Below are positions 63,514 to 64,000 of a stretch of 64,000 nucleotides of DNA, piece by piece (the first letter of the stretch is position 1; each line of letters begins with the position of its first letter). Below the pieces are notes generated by a model. The model was not told the origin of the DNA. It ran no database searches and was given only the letters and a program-made list of their open reading frames with translations. Source of the DNA: Lytechinus pictus (Eukaryota); assembly GCF_037042905.1 (NCBI RefSeq), contig NC_087252.1, forward strand, positions 1,676,001 to 1,740,000. Reading direction: 5' to 3'. A program made the translations under genes and the position numbers.

Positions 63514-64000
63514 CCAGTCACTCCGCCGCGCGAGCTAATTCGCACGTATTTATTCAGCTCGTATTCATGACCGCTCGGTTCATGAATACGTAATGAGGAA
63601 CGCAAGGGTCTAGTTTCTCTGCGTTTTACCGGGTTAATTTTCTGTTTTAAACCATAAACATTATATCGATAGAAAGGGGAAGAATCAAGGATTCGATATA
63701 TACCATAATTATCGACATATTTCATTAACTTAGTAAGGTAAACTGCCCTAGAACTTTGCCCCCGGAAAGATTCAAATCATTCAGCTTTAACGACGTATAA
63801 TACCATTTCATGATTCTTGCGTCCTTCAAATTTAATAACAGTTGTAAAGCTGAATTATCACTCTTTAAAATGAGACATAATTCATGGTTTTTCATTAATG
63901 AGGAGAGTCAGGAACCAGGGAAACATACCGCCAAGTCATTATGAGGGCCTGTCCAAAACGAGCTTCAAACGAGTTACGTAAATAGAGCATTCTGATTGGT
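63514..64000. mobile_element. Probable insertion at a TA site (other end outside the window)
   Basis: Paralogy to copies A and C is lost abruptly right after TA 63512-13. Confidence 0.5.

Overview
AT-rich, repeat-dense eukaryotic (animal) DNA with GT-AG spliced genes. The repeat style suggests a marine invertebrate deuterostome such as a sea urchin; that is inference only. From left to right the window holds: (1) the last coding exon of an unidentified Ser/Pro-rich gene; (2) a young 5'-truncated CR1/L2-group LINE on the minus strand; (3) a complete 4-coding-exon DNAJC24/DPH4 gene on the minus strand, with a tRNA-derived SINE and a 14x57-bp minisatellite grown inside a dead L2 fragment just downstream; (4) a hand-assembled 11-exon, 565-aa gene on the plus strand (22631-30646) with the unusual architecture signal peptide - Ig - Ig - transmembrane helix - IFI44-like P-loop GTPase - CaaX box, which is the most interesting item; (5) a MITE-rich interval containing a ~1-kb near-perfect palindrome; and (6) repeated copies of that gene's upstream region and signal-peptide exon. 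One copy has an expanded (TTTC)n tract that was hit twice by a full-length Tx1-clade retrotransposon. Comparing paralogous filled and empty sites also reveals tiny CATGGACCTA...TAGGTCCATG palindromes with 7-bp target duplications, which look like P-superfamily excision footprints. All gene models were built by eye from splice consensus and reading frame; no searches were run.
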